The translations under genes were made by a program, and so were the position numbers. Positions 1 to 9,384 of a DNA stretch of 64,000 bases are shown one piece after another. How positions within the stretch are numbered: position 1 is the stretch's first letter; each line of letters begins with the position of its first letter. The stretch is from Minisyncoccota bacterium (GTDB lineage Archaea > Nanobdellota > Nanobdellia > Pacearchaeales > GW2011-AR1), in NCBI GenBank assembly GCA_035453125.1, contig DAOTCN010000001.1, forward strand, positions 85,061 through 149,060. Direction: 5' to 3'. The notes beneath the pieces are model-generated. The model saw only the letters and a list, made by a program, of their open reading frames with translations. It was not told where the DNA came from and made no database searches.

Positions 1-2
1 TT

Positions 3-548
3 ATGAAGAAAAATCTTTCAATACAAAATATTGTTGCTACAGCTTCATTAGGAAAACCAGTTTCTTTGACAAAACTTGCTCGAACTCAAACTAATACTGA
101 ATATAACCCGGAACAATTCCCGGGACTTGTTTTAAGAATTAAAAAACCTAAATCTGCTGTTTTAGTTTTTTCTTCTGGAAATTTAGTTTGTACTGGAACA
201 AAATCAACTGTTCAAGTTAAAGAAGTTATTAATCAAGTAATTAAACAACTTGCAAAAATAGGTGTAAGAATTACAGATAAACCAAAAATTACTGTACAAA
301 ATATTGTTGCATCTGGAAGTATTGATCTAAAGTTAAACCTTAATTATCTTGCTTTAAACTTAGAAAATACTGAATATGAACCTGAACAATTCCCAGGTTT
401 AGTATATAAATTAATTGAACCAAATGCAACATTTTTATTGTTTAGTAATGGAAAACTTGTTTGTACAGGAACTAAAAATAAACAACAGCTTGATGAAAGC
501 ATGGTTATTCTTAATGCAAATATAAAGAAAGCACTTGCTGAAAAGTAA
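3..548 (+). CDS. tbp: TATA-box binding protein
   Basis: Two internal repeats NIVA..EY(N/E)PEQFPGLV..L(V/L)FS(S/N)G(N/K)LVCTG typical of TBP. Confidence 0.97.
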   Translation: MKKNLSIQNIVATASLGKPVSLTKLARTQTNTEYNPEQFPGLVLRIKKPKSAVLVFSSGNLVCTGTKSTVQVKEVINQVIKQLAKIGVRITDKPKITVQNIVASGSIDLKLNLNYLALNLENTEYEPEQFPGLVYKLIEPNATFLLFSNGKLVCTGTKNKQQLDESMVILNANIKKALAEK

Positions 549-627
549 TTTTTTGTCTTTCTGTAGTTGTACTTGCCTATTTTTATGTATATTTACTGAT
601 AGAAATTAATATAAATGAAGTGGGTTT

Positions 628-2655
628 TTGTTTGTTATGGATAAGTTAAAAATAGAGGAGATAATTGTTGAAGCTAAGAACTTCTTTGAATTTTACAATA
701 AAAAAGTAGGTGAAGCTATAAGATCTCCAGAAAGGGTTTTATTTATTAATTTTAATGATTTGTCTGGTTTTTCACCTCAACTTTCTGAGTATTTACTTGA
801 TAAACCTGAAGAATCATTATCAACACTTGAACTCGCTTTACAAGAAAAATGGCCTGAAAGTAATTTAAAAATTAGAATTAGTGATCTTCCAAAAGACAGT
901 TATGTAAAAATTAGAAATATAAGGTCTAAAAATTTAAGTAAATTTATTTGGATTGAGGGAATTGTAAGACAGGCAAGTGATGTTAGACCTCAAGTTGTTA
1001 GTGCAAGGTTTGAATGTCCTTCATGCGGAACAATTATTTCTGTTTTACAACTTGACAGAAAGTTTAAAGAACCAACAAGATGTTCTTGTGGTAGAAAAGG
1101 TTTTTTTAAACTTGTAAGTAAACAGATGGTTGATGCTCAAAGGATTGTACTTGAAGAAAGTCCTGATGCTCTTATTGGAGGTGAACAACCAAGAAGGATG
1201 AATGTTTTTCTTAAAGAAGATTTAGTTGAACCAAAAATGGAGGAGAGAACAACACCTGGAAGTAAAGTTAGAGTTTTAGGAATATTAAATGAAGTTCCTG
1301 TTCCATTACCAACTGGTGGAGTTACAACAAGATTTGATTTAGCTGTTGAAGCTAATAATGTTATTCCTCTTGAAGAAAATTATGAAGATTTAAAAATTTC
1401 TGAAGAAGATGAATTACAAATAAAAGAATTGTCAGTTGATCCAGCTATTTTTACAAAACTTACAGAAAGTATTGCACCAAGCATTTATGGACATAGTGAA
1501 GTTAAACAATCTTTGGTTTTACAATTGTTTGGAGGTGTTAAAAAACAAAAAGTTGATGGAACTGTAACAAGAGGTGACATTCATGTTTTGCTTGTTGGAG
1601 ATCCAGGAGTTGCTAAGTCAGTTATTTTAAAATTTATTTCTAAAGTTGCACCAAAAGGAAGATATGTTGTCGGTAAATCTGCTTCTGGTGCAGGACTTAC
1701 TGCAACGGTTGTTAGAGATGAATTTTTGAAAGGATGGAGTTTGGAAGCAGGAGCAATGGTCTTGTCACATAAAGGAACTGTGTGTATTGATGAAATTGAA
1801 AAGATGGATGAACAAGATAGAAGTTCCATGCATGAAGCGATGGAACAGCAATCAGTAACAATTTCTAAAGCAAATGTTCAAGCTAGCTTAAGGGCAGAAA
1901 CTACTGTTCTTGCTGCTGGAAATCCAAAATTTGGACGTTTTGATCCTTATCAAGCTATTGCTCAACAAGTAGATATTCAGCCAACATTATTGAATAGGTT
2001 TGATGTTATTTTTATGTTAAGAGATCTTCCAGATAAATCTAAAGATGAAGCAATTGCTTCGCATGTTCTTTCTGAATTTCAAGATGCTGGGTCTATGGGA
2101 CCAATTGAACCAGAGTTATTTAGAAAGTACATTGCTTATGCTAAACAAAGAGTTATTCCTAAACTTTCAGATGCTGCTGCAAATGAAATAAGAAATTTTT
2201 ATGTATCTTTGAGAAATGCTCCTACTCAATCTGATTCTCCGCTAAAACCAATTCCAATAACAGCAAGACAGTTAGAAGCATTAGTTAGATTAAGTGAAGC
2301 ATCTGCAAAATCTAGATTATCTCAAGTTGTTGAAAAAGAAGATGCAATTAGAGCAATTAATTTAATGAAGTTTTATCTTATGCAAGCCGGTTATGATTAT
2401 GAATCAAAAACTTTTGATATTGATAAAATTGTTTCAGGAGTCACTTCCTCAAAAAGGGCTAAGATCAATGAGGTTAGAGAAGCAATATTTAGATTAGAAT
2501 CAAGAATGGGAAAGATGATTCCTACTGAAGAACTTGAGAAAGAAATGGAAGGAAAAGTAACTCCTTTGGAACTTGAAGAAATTTTGAATAAACTTGCAGC
2601 ATCAAGTGATATTTTTCATCCACGAAGTGGTTATATCCAGAGATTGGGAAGTTGA
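628..2655 (+). CDS. mcm: MCM replicative helicase (true start may be ATG at 637)
   Basis: Zn finger CPSCG..CSCG, Walker A GDPGVAKS, Walker B CIDEIEKM, arginine-finger region LLNRFD, TARQLE. Confidence 0.96.
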   Translation: MFVMDKLKIEEIIVEAKNFFEFYNKKVGEAIRSPERVLFINFNDLSGFSPQLSEYLLDKPEESLSTLELALQEKWPESNLKIRISDLPKDSYVKIRNIRSKNLSKFIWIEGIVRQASDVRPQVVSARFECPSCGTIISVLQLDRKFKEPTRCSCGRKGFFKLVSKQMVDAQRIVLEESPDALIGGEQPRRMNVFLKEDLVEPKMEERTTPGSKVRVLGILNEVPVPLPTGGVTTRFDLAVEANNVIPLEENYEDLKISEEDELQIKELSVDPAIFTKLTESIAPSIYGHSEVKQSLVLQLFGGVKKQKVDGTVTRGDIHVLLVGDPGVAKSVILKFISKVAPKGRYVVGKSASGAGLTATVVRDEFLKGWSLEAGAMVLSHKGTVCIDEIEKMDEQDRSSMHEAMEQQSVTISKANVQASLRAETTVLAAGNPKFGRFDPYQAIAQQVDIQPTLLNRFDVIFMLRDLPDKSKDEAIASHVLSEFQDAGSMGPIEPELFRKYIAYAKQRVIPKLSDAAANEIRNFYVSLRNAPTQSDSPLKPIPITARQLEALVRLSEASAKSRLSQVVEKEDAIRAINLMKFYLMQAGYDYESKTFDIDKIVSGVTSSKRAKINEVREAIFRLESRMGKMIPTEELEKEMEGKVTPLELEEILNKLAASSDIFHPRSGYIQRLGS

Positions 2656-2676
2656 GTTCTAAAAACAAAAAATATA

Positions 2677-2700
2677 TAAACTATAGTTTAACTATAGTTA
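2677..2700. promoter_or_regulatory. Tandem palindromic operator overlapping the TATA box of the TA operon
   Basis: TAAACTATAGTTTA (2677-2690) and TAACTATAGTTA (2689-2700) lie immediately before ATG 2702. Confidence 0.6.
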
Positions 2701-2701
2701 T

Positions 2702-2962
2702 ATGGTAACCACAATTCAGTTAAATGAAAATGTAAAAAAAGCTCTTGATAGACTGAAAAAAAACAAAGAAACTTATGAGGAAGTTATTTTAAGTCTAATG
2801 AAAGAAGCTCAAAGATCAAAGAGAGAAAAGGAAGAATTAATAATTGAAGGTTGTAAAGTAATGGCTGAAGATATGATTAAGATAAATAAAGAGTGGGAAA
2901 ATGTTGATTCGGATTTAGACTGGGAATGGAATAATAATCAAAATGAAACTTCCAAAAGTTAA
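2702..2962 (+). CDS. Putative antitoxin (RHH-like N-terminus)
   Basis: MVTTIQL..KETYEEVI N-terminus, acidic C-terminus, overlaps the downstream MazF-like gene. Confidence 0.7.
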   Translation: MVTTIQLNENVKKALDRLKKNKETYEEVILSLMKEAQRSKREKEELIIEGCKVMAEDMIKINKEWENVDSDLDWEWNNNQNETSKS

Positions 2963-3335
2963 TTTGTTTAACAAAAAGAATAATCGAAATTTAGATATAA
3001 AGAAGGGTGATATTTTAATAGTTAATTTTGAACCAATCAAAGGAAGTGAACAAGGAAGAGTTAGGCCAGCATTGGTTATACAAAATAATTTATTGAATAA
3101 ATATAGCCCTTTAACAATTGTGGCACCAATAACTTCAAAAATTTATGAAAAAGAATATCCTACAAATGTTGTTATCTCTAAAGCTGATTCTTTATTGAAT
3201 AATGATTCAACTGTTTTAGTAAATCAAATGAGAACAATTGATAAACAGAGAATTTTAAAGAAGATTAGCAGTTTGAATAATTTTATTATGGATGAAGTTA
3301 ATTCAGCTATCAAAGTTTGTTTGAGTTTAGATTAG
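2943..3335 (+). CDS. mazF: MazF/PemK family toxin (mRNA interferase)
   Basis: GDI..VNFEP..GSEQG.VRPALVIQN..VAPITS..QMRTIDK motifs. Confidence 0.92.
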   Translation: MKLPKVNLFNKKNNRNLDIKKGDILIVNFEPIKGSEQGRVRPALVIQNNLLNKYSPLTIVAPITSKIYEKEYPTNVVISKADSLLNNDSTVLVNQMRTIDKQRILKKISSLNNFIMDEVNSAIKVCLSLD

Positions 3336-3377
3336 TCTTACAATAATCTTTATAAGAGGAGTTTTTAGTGTATTTAT

Positions 3378-4289
3378 ATGGAAAGAAGATATGCTCTTGT
3401 TGTGAATCCAAAAGCAGGGACACGGAATATTGAAGAGAAAAAAGAAAAATTGAGACCTGCAATGGAAATTTTTAATGTTAATGAACTTTATGGTTTAGAT
3501 ACAAAATCACCAGAAGAATTTAGAAGTTGTGTTAGTGATTTAGCAAAAAGTGGAAAGGTTGATGTTCTTGGATTATGTGGTGGAGATGGGACTTCTAATG
3601 AGGGTATTAATTCTGATATTGGTGATAGTAATGTAGCATTTGCATTTTTACCTTTAGGAGCTGGAAATGCAATGCCACATAGTGTTGGATATAGTGCATT
3701 GAGTATTAAAAGATCTGCTGAAAGAATTGCAAAAGGGAGTGTTCACGAACTTGATTTAGTTTTATGCGATAACAATCTTAAGGCAATGTTTGCAAGTGTT
3801 GGTATTGATTCTTATATTTTAAGTAAAAGAGATGAATTGCAGAGAGAAGGGCATAATGGTTTTGTTGCATATGCAAAAGCTACATGGGATATTTACAGAA
3901 ATGGATATGAAAGATTAGATACAATTGTTCGTGTTGATAATGAAAAATTTGTAGTTCCAGATAATTTATTGATTATTGTAACAAAATTTCCGTGTTATGG
4001 TTATGGTTTGAATGTTGTTCCAAAAGCAGACATGACTGATGGAAACTTGCATCTTAATTGTGTTAGCGACAGAGGAATTGTAAATACTGCTTATGGTATT
4101 GCAACTGGTTTTAGGTATAGAATAAATCCTAAATTTGGAGGATGCAGGGTTGGAGAGTATAAATCTGGAAAAAGAGTTACGATAACTACACCTAAAGAAG
4201 TTCTTCTTGAAACAGATGGCACTGTTATAAGAGAAGGATGCGAGTTTGAATTTGAAGTTATTCCTCGAGGATTAAGACTAGTATATTAA
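3378..4289 (+). CDS. Diacylglycerol/lipid kinase family protein
   Basis: VVNPKAG, GGDGT, LPLGAGN, ETDG motifs. Confidence 0.88.
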   Translation: MERRYALVVNPKAGTRNIEEKKEKLRPAMEIFNVNELYGLDTKSPEEFRSCVSDLAKSGKVDVLGLCGGDGTSNEGINSDIGDSNVAFAFLPLGAGNAMPHSVGYSALSIKRSAERIAKGSVHELDLVLCDNNLKAMFASVGIDSYILSKRDELQREGHNGFVAYAKATWDIYRNGYERLDTIVRVDNEKFVVPDNLLIIVTKFPCYGYGLNVVPKADMTDGNLHLNCVSDRGIVNTAYGIATGFRYRINPKFGGCRVGEYKSGKRVTITTPKEVLLETDGTVIREGCEFEFEVIPRGLRLVY

Positions 4290-4365
4290 TATTATTTGTA
4301 TATTATTAATTAAATAAACACTTAAAAAGCTTAAAATTTATTGAATATTATAAACAAAGAGGAAA

Positions 4366-4974
4366 ATGGCTGATTTTAAAAGACAAACTGCTTACAAAAT
4401 AAGAATTGGAGATGTACTAAAAGGAAAACCAATTGTTGATAATGGAAGATTTATGTTTCTTGAACTTGGAGATAGAAAAATTTCAAGAGTTAATATTGTA
4501 GCAAATATTATTGATAAATATAATTCTGCTGAAAAGCAATATATTAGTTTTACAATTGATGATGCTTCTGGACAATTAAGAATAAAAGTTTTTGGAGATG
4601 ATGTTTTAAAGTTTTCTGAAATTTCTCAAGGAGATACAGTTATGGTAATTGGTTTGTTAAGAGTTTTTAATGAAGAGCTTTATATTACTCCTGAGATAAT
4701 AAAACCAAAAGATACAAGATACTTGTTAGTGAGAAAGTTGGAACTTGAAAAAGAAGCACCTAAAGTTATTGACAAGGAACAAATACTTGTGTTGGCTGAT
4801 CAAATTCTTGAAAAAATAAAACAAGCTGAGCCAGAAGGAATTTCTTATGAGAAGATAATCATGGAAATAAACTCCTCTTCTCCAGATTTGATAAATCAGG
4901 AAATAAAGAAAGCTCTTGAGCAAGGTATAGTTTATGAGCCTCGGCCAGGAATGTTAAGGTATTTGGGGAATTAA
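4366..4974 (+). CDS. RPA32-like OB-fold ssDNA-binding protein with C-terminal winged helix
   Basis: RVNIVANI..IDDASGQLRIKVF OB fold; C-terminal GIVYEPRPG. Confidence 0.8.
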   Translation: MADFKRQTAYKIRIGDVLKGKPIVDNGRFMFLELGDRKISRVNIVANIIDKYNSAEKQYISFTIDDASGQLRIKVFGDDVLKFSEISQGDTVMVIGLLRVFNEELYITPEIIKPKDTRYLLVRKLELEKEAPKVIDKEQILVLADQILEKIKQAEPEGISYEKIIMEINSSSPDLINQEIKKALEQGIVYEPRPGMLRYLGN

Positions 4975-4987
4975 AGTTAGTATTCTA

Positions 4988-5380
4988 TTGTACTTTGTGT
5001 TATTAGTTAGTAGTAACAAAACCGAAAGATTTAAAAAAAAGATTTTTGAAAATGATCTTGGTTCGGGAAATGGGGCTATTTTTTTAATAGAAGAAAACAA
5101 AGAAGCAATTGGATATATTTTTGTCCTTTTATTTATTCCTGGAATGGAAAAGTACAAAAAAGATTCTCCAGCATATATTAGTGATCTATATGTCAAGAAA
5201 AGTTTTAGAAAAAAAGGATTTGCAATAAAACTAATAAAAGAATCAGAAAAGTGGGCAAAGAGTAAAAATAAAAAAGAGATTATATTAGATGTTGAAACTT
5301 TTAATAATAAGGCACTTAATTTATATAAGAAAATAAAGTTTAAACCTATTTCATTCAAATTGAAAAAAGAGTTGAAATGA
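4988..5380 (+). CDS. GNAT family acetyltransferase, probably 5'-truncated
   Basis: LYVKKSFRKKGFA..L and N..ALNLYKK motifs; the ORF's 5' end runs through a promoter-like motif and lacks a typical GNAT N-terminus. Confidence 0.7.
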   Translation: MYFVLLVSSNKTERFKKKIFENDLGSGNGAIFLIEENKEAIGYIFVLLFIPGMEKYKKDSPAYISDLYVKKSFRKKGFAIKLIKESEKWAKSKNKKEIILDVETFNNKALNLYKKIKFKPISFKLKKELK

Positions 5381-5466
5381 AAATAAGAGAAGCAACTGAG
5401 ATATAGGAAGATTTAAATATATCACTATTCTGATAATAGTTAACATTATTATGATAATATTATAAC

Positions 5467-5973
5467 ATGGCAGGCCTAATTTCAATTATAAAAGATGAGA
5501 AGATGAGAGTATTATTTGGTAAACGAGAGTTGGAGATAATTGAAAAACAACTTCTTGGAATTAATTTAACACAATCTGAGAAAACAAGACTTTCTAGAGA
5601 TATAAGAAAAAAATTTGAGATTATACAAGAATTAACTAAATTTTCAAGAGAGTTTAAACTTAAGAAAGGTTCTGAAATTAAATGGATAGTTAATGATACT
5701 AAAGATTTTATACTTAATAGCAATTATTTGCCTAAGATTAAAAAAATTTATTTATTTGGATCTACTGCAACAAATGAAAGAATTTTTCGTTCAGATATTG
5801 ATATTGCAGTTGAATTTAATGAGATTGATGTGAAAGAGGCAACAAAATTTAGAATTTATGTTGCTGGAAGGGTTAGTGATAAGGTTGACATTCAGGTTTA
5901 TAATACTCTTCCAGACAAAATTAAAAAAGAGATTGATAAAAATGGAAAGGTGATTTATGAAAGAAAGAATTAA
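5467..5973 (+). CDS. Minimal nucleotidyltransferase (MNT antitoxin), copy 1
   Basis: YLFGS..SDIDIAV motif; paralogous to 6372..6872. Confidence 0.88.
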   Translation: MAGLISIIKDEKMRVLFGKRELEIIEKQLLGINLTQSEKTRLSRDIRKKFEIIQELTKFSREFKLKKGSEIKWIVNDTKDFILNSNYLPKIKKIYLFGSTATNERIFRSDIDIAVEFNEIDVKEATKFRIYVAGRVSDKVDIQVYNTLPDKIKKEIDKNGKVIYERKN

Positions 5974-6022
5974 TGATAAAATCGAAGAGATAAACTCAAC
6001 TAATCATGTGTATCTAAATTAA
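5957..6022 (+). pseudogene. Possible HEPN toxin 5' stub (MKERINDKIEEI..stop)
   Basis: Overlaps the MNT stop as a coupled partner would, resembles the KILEIE start of 6869..7285, and ends after 21 codons. Confidence 0.45.
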
Positions 6023-6230
6023 AGACAGCTCCGCTGTCTTTTAATGCGTCTGAGATTTTGTCGCCTAAGGCAAATATCTGCTCTTTTGTTGGCTGTTGTT
6101 TCCAGGTGTAAATGAAGTCAACTGGACCCATTTTTCCTTCAAAACCAAGCTTTTCCATTGCCCTTCCAACTTCAGAAGGCTTTTTGTTTTTAGCACCAAA
6201 GTATATTATTAAGTATGTTTTCCATGCCAT
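6000..6230 (-). CDS. Hypothetical protein
   Basis: 76-aa ORF with ATG start and protein-like composition. Confidence 0.65.
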   Translation of the reverse strand: MAWKTYLIIYFGAKNKKPSEVGRAMEKLGFEGKMGPVDFIYTWKQQPTKEQIFALGDKISDALKDSGAVFNLDTHD

Positions 6231-6371
6231 GAATTATACAGTATTTGGGGCTTTTTAAGAGTTGTGATTTGAGATGTTATATTGAGATTAGTATATTATC
6301 TCTGATTTGGAAAGATTTAAATATAACCTTAATTTAGGTTATTATAACCATTATAATGGTTATTTATAAAA

Positions 6372-6872
6372 ATGAACCTATTGCAGTTTATTAAGAAAAA
6401 TGAAAATACTCGGAAGATTTTTGGTGTTAGGGAACTAAAGATAATTGAAAAACAACTTCTTGGTATTAATTTAACTCAATCTGAAAAAAACCGACTTTCA
6501 AGAGATATAAGAAAAAAATTTGATTTTATTAAAGAAATCTCAAAATACAGTTATGCTCTTGATTTAAAAAAAGGAAGTGTTATTAAAGAAAGGATTGAGA
6601 AAGCTAAAGAATTGATACTAAGTGATAAACTTGAGAAGAAAATAAAAAAAATCTATCTATTTGGTTCATCTGTTAAAAATGAGAGAACATTTAGGTCCGA
6701 TATAGATATTGCAGTTGAATTTGATGAAATTGATAATCTTGAAGCTGGAAAATTTAGATTGCGTATTTTAGGGGAATTTGATAAAACAATCGATATTCAA
6801 GTTTTTAATGTTCTTCCAGATAAAATTAAAAATTCAATTATAAAAAATCATAAAGTGCTATATAAAAAATGA
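6372..6872 (+). CDS. Minimal nucleotidyltransferase (MNT antitoxin), copy 2
   Basis: YLFGS..SDIDIAV; translationally coupled to the HEPN gene. Confidence 0.9.
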   Translation: MNLLQFIKKNENTRKIFGVRELKIIEKQLLGINLTQSEKNRLSRDIRKKFDFIKEISKYSYALDLKKGSVIKERIEKAKELILSDKLEKKIKKIYLFGSSVKNERTFRSDIDIAVEFDEIDNLEAGKFRLRILGEFDKTIDIQVFNVLPDKIKNSIIKNHKVLYKK

Positions 6873-7285
6873 ATAAAGAAAATAAAAAAGAGAGTAAGAT
6901 TTTAGAAATAGAATCTTATTTAGATAACTTGTCTTCATATATTCCTACTAGTTTGGATGAGTATATTTATGATAGTAAAACAAAAGATGCATGTGAACGT
7001 TGTTTTGAAAAGATTGTTGAAGCTATTATTGATTTAGCTTTTATTATAATTAAAGAAAGAAATCTGAGTATTCCTGAAGAAGAGGATCAAGTATTTGAGA
7101 TTTTATTGAATAATAGTATTATTTCTAATGATTTATATAAAAAATTGAAAGAGGCCAAAGGAATGAGGAACTTTATTGTTCACCAGTATACCAAGATAAA
7201 TGATGAACTTGTTTTTAATTCAATTAGTGAAGAATTAATTCCAGATGTTAGACTGTTTTTAGAATGCATCAATAAAATTGCTTAA
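6869..7285 (+). CDS. HEPN (DUF86/HepT-like) ribonuclease toxin
   Basis: RNFIVHQY (R-X4-H) motif, ER..E..VEAIID helix. Confidence 0.9.
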   Translation: MNKENKKESKILEIESYLDNLSSYIPTSLDEYIYDSKTKDACERCFEKIVEAIIDLAFIIIKERNLSIPEEEDQVFEILLNNSIISNDLYKKLKEAKGMRNFIVHQYTKINDELVFNSISEELIPDVRLFLECINKIA

Positions 7286-7320
7286 GAAAACTTTAAATCC
7301 GTATCATTTTATTCTAATTT

Positions 7321-8418
7321 ATGAAAGAAATTAAAATTCGGGGTAGAAAAATGCAGTTGCCTGCATTTTTGCCAGATGCAACTTTTGGAAAAATAAAAGG
7401 AATTGATGATTCAGAAGATTTAGTTAAGTGCAAACTTGATGGTTTGGTTGTTAACACTTATCATTTGTTTAAGGAAAATTTAATTCATGGAAATAAAGGA
7501 ATAAAGCAGAGTGGTGGAATTCATAATTTTATGAACTTAAATGATAAAATAATTATTTCTGATTCTGGTGGTTTTCAAGTTATGTCTATTATACATACTA
7601 ACTCAAAAAATGGGAAGATTAATGATGATGGAGCTGTTTTTTTACTTGATGGAAAAAAAGTTGAGTTAACACCTGAAAAATGCATTCAATTTCAACTAGA
7701 TATTGGGAGTGATATTGTTATGTGCTTAGATGATTGTACTTATCCAGATATGTCAAATGAAGAACAAGAAATAAGTGTTAAGAGAACAATTGATTGGGCG
7801 AAACGATGCAGAAAGGAATTTGATAAACTGACTAAAAATATAGAAGAGGGGGATAAACCATTTATTTTTGGGATTATTCAGGGAGGAAATAATTTAGAAT
7901 TAAGAAAAAAGTGTGCTGATAAGTTGATTGATATCGGATTTGATGGATATGCTTTTGGTGGATGGCCTGCTGAAGATGGAAAGTTTTTGCATAGTATCTT
8001 GAAATATACTTGTGAGTTAATGCCAGAAAATAAACTAAAGTATGCAATGGGTGTTGGTAAGCCAGAGGATATTTTTTATTGTGTAAGCATAGGCTATAAT
8101 ATGTTTGACTGTGTAATTCCTACACGAGAAGCAAGAAATAATAGACTTTATGCATTTAAGAAAAATATTTTTGGAAAAATGAAGAAGATAAAAGAGAGAA
8201 ATAACTTTTACGAATATGTTAGGATAAGGAATTCAAATTATATTGGAGATAAAAAACTAATTTCTAAGTTTTGTGATTGTGAATGCTGCACTAAATATTC
8301 TAGATCAGATATTTACAAATTGTTTAAAGAAAAGAATAGAGAAAGTGTTAGATTAGCAACAATGCATAATTTAAGGTTTTATAGCATGCTTATGGAAAGG
8401 CTGAGAAATATTTATTAA
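7321..8418 (+). CDS. tgt: tRNA-guanine transglycosylase (no PUA domain)
   Basis: NTYHL, DSGGFQ, LDDC, GIIQGG, MGVG, FDCVIPTR, Zn site CDCECC..H. Confidence 0.9.
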   Translation: MKEIKIRGRKMQLPAFLPDATFGKIKGIDDSEDLVKCKLDGLVVNTYHLFKENLIHGNKGIKQSGGIHNFMNLNDKIIISDSGGFQVMSIIHTNSKNGKINDDGAVFLLDGKKVELTPEKCIQFQLDIGSDIVMCLDDCTYPDMSNEEQEISVKRTIDWAKRCRKEFDKLTKNIEEGDKPFIFGIIQGGNNLELRKKCADKLIDIGFDGYAFGGWPAEDGKFLHSILKYTCELMPENKLKYAMGVGKPEDIFYCVSIGYNMFDCVIPTREARNNRLYAFKKNIFGKMKKIKERNNFYEYVRIRNSNYIGDKKLISKFCDCECCTKYSRSDIYKLFKEKNRESVRLATMHNLRFYSMLMERLRNIY

Positions 8419-8439
8419 CTTACTCTAACTTAATATTTT

Positions 8440-8682
8440 ATGTATAAACAGAAGAGGAGAATTTCGTTTGCAATTGCAATACTTTTTGGTTTTGCAGGTA
8501 TGGTTATCTTTTTGAATTCAAACTTAGAAATTAATGGAAATGTAATTGCTGAAGGTTATAATTCGGATGTTTCTGGAAGTTTGTTTGGATTAGCTTTTGT
8601 TTTTATATCTTTATTAATAACTTTTTATGCAGTTCATTTAAAGAAAAAAGAAGTTAATTACCTTTTAAACAGAAAAAGATAA
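8440..8682 (+). CDS. Small membrane protein
   Basis: Two hydrophobic segments. Confidence 0.55.
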   Translation: MYKQKRRISFAIAILFGFAGMVIFLNSNLEINGNVIAEGYNSDVSGSLFGLAFVFISLLITFYAVHLKKKEVNYLLNRKR

Positions 8683-8706
8683 ATAATAGTTTATCCTTAT
8701 TATTTT

Positions 8707-9354
8707 ATGGTTAAAAAGACCATAAAGAAGAAATTTGTTAAAAATATTAAAAAAGATTTTAGTATTAAGTTAGTTAAAATTGATTTTTTTGATAGTGATT
8801 TAAAAGAAAAATTTAAAATTGTAAAAAAAGAAAGACCTAATGAAAATCTTGAACAAGAAGTTAAAAATGATTTTCTTTTTAATGAAAAAGGTAAAGACAA
8901 TTTTATAATTAATACATCTAAAAAAGATTTTAATAATGAAATAATCAAATTAGAAGAAATAGATTTTAATGTAATGAATGATTTAATGAGTAATAAAAAA
9001 TATTCTTTTATTAACAATTCAGATTATGTTTCAGATAAGAATATTGATAATCATAATGAATCCGTTTATATAAATCTTCAAAATGAATTTAGGATTGATA
9101 GAATAAATTTTAATACAAATGTAGGTTTAAAAGATAAAATAATCAATTTTAATCAATTTTTTTGGATGCAAGATAAAATTGAAACTATGAATTTTGGAGA
9201 GAGAAATGTTAAAAAAGATTATATTATAATAATACAACCAGAAAATTATTTTAGATTAGATGAAGTTAAGGAGGATAGAAGGGAAAGAATTACAAGATGG
9301 GTAATATTATTTTTTGTGAATGTGATTTTAATAATCTTAAAAGATAATGTTTAA
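8707..9354 (+). CDS. Hypothetical low-complexity (K/N/I-rich) protein
   Basis: 215-aa open frame, very AT-rich, no motif recognised. Confidence 0.4.
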   Translation: MVKKTIKKKFVKNIKKDFSIKLVKIDFFDSDLKEKFKIVKKERPNENLEQEVKNDFLFNEKGKDNFIINTSKKDFNNEIIKLEEIDFNVMNDLMSNKKYSFINNSDYVSDKNIDNHNESVYINLQNEFRIDRINFNTNVGLKDKIINFNQFFWMQDKIETMNFGERNVKKDYIIIIQPENYFRLDEVKEDRRERITRWVILFFVNVILIILKDNV

Positions 9355-9384
9355 ATACATTTTAAACTTACTAAAAATATTAAA

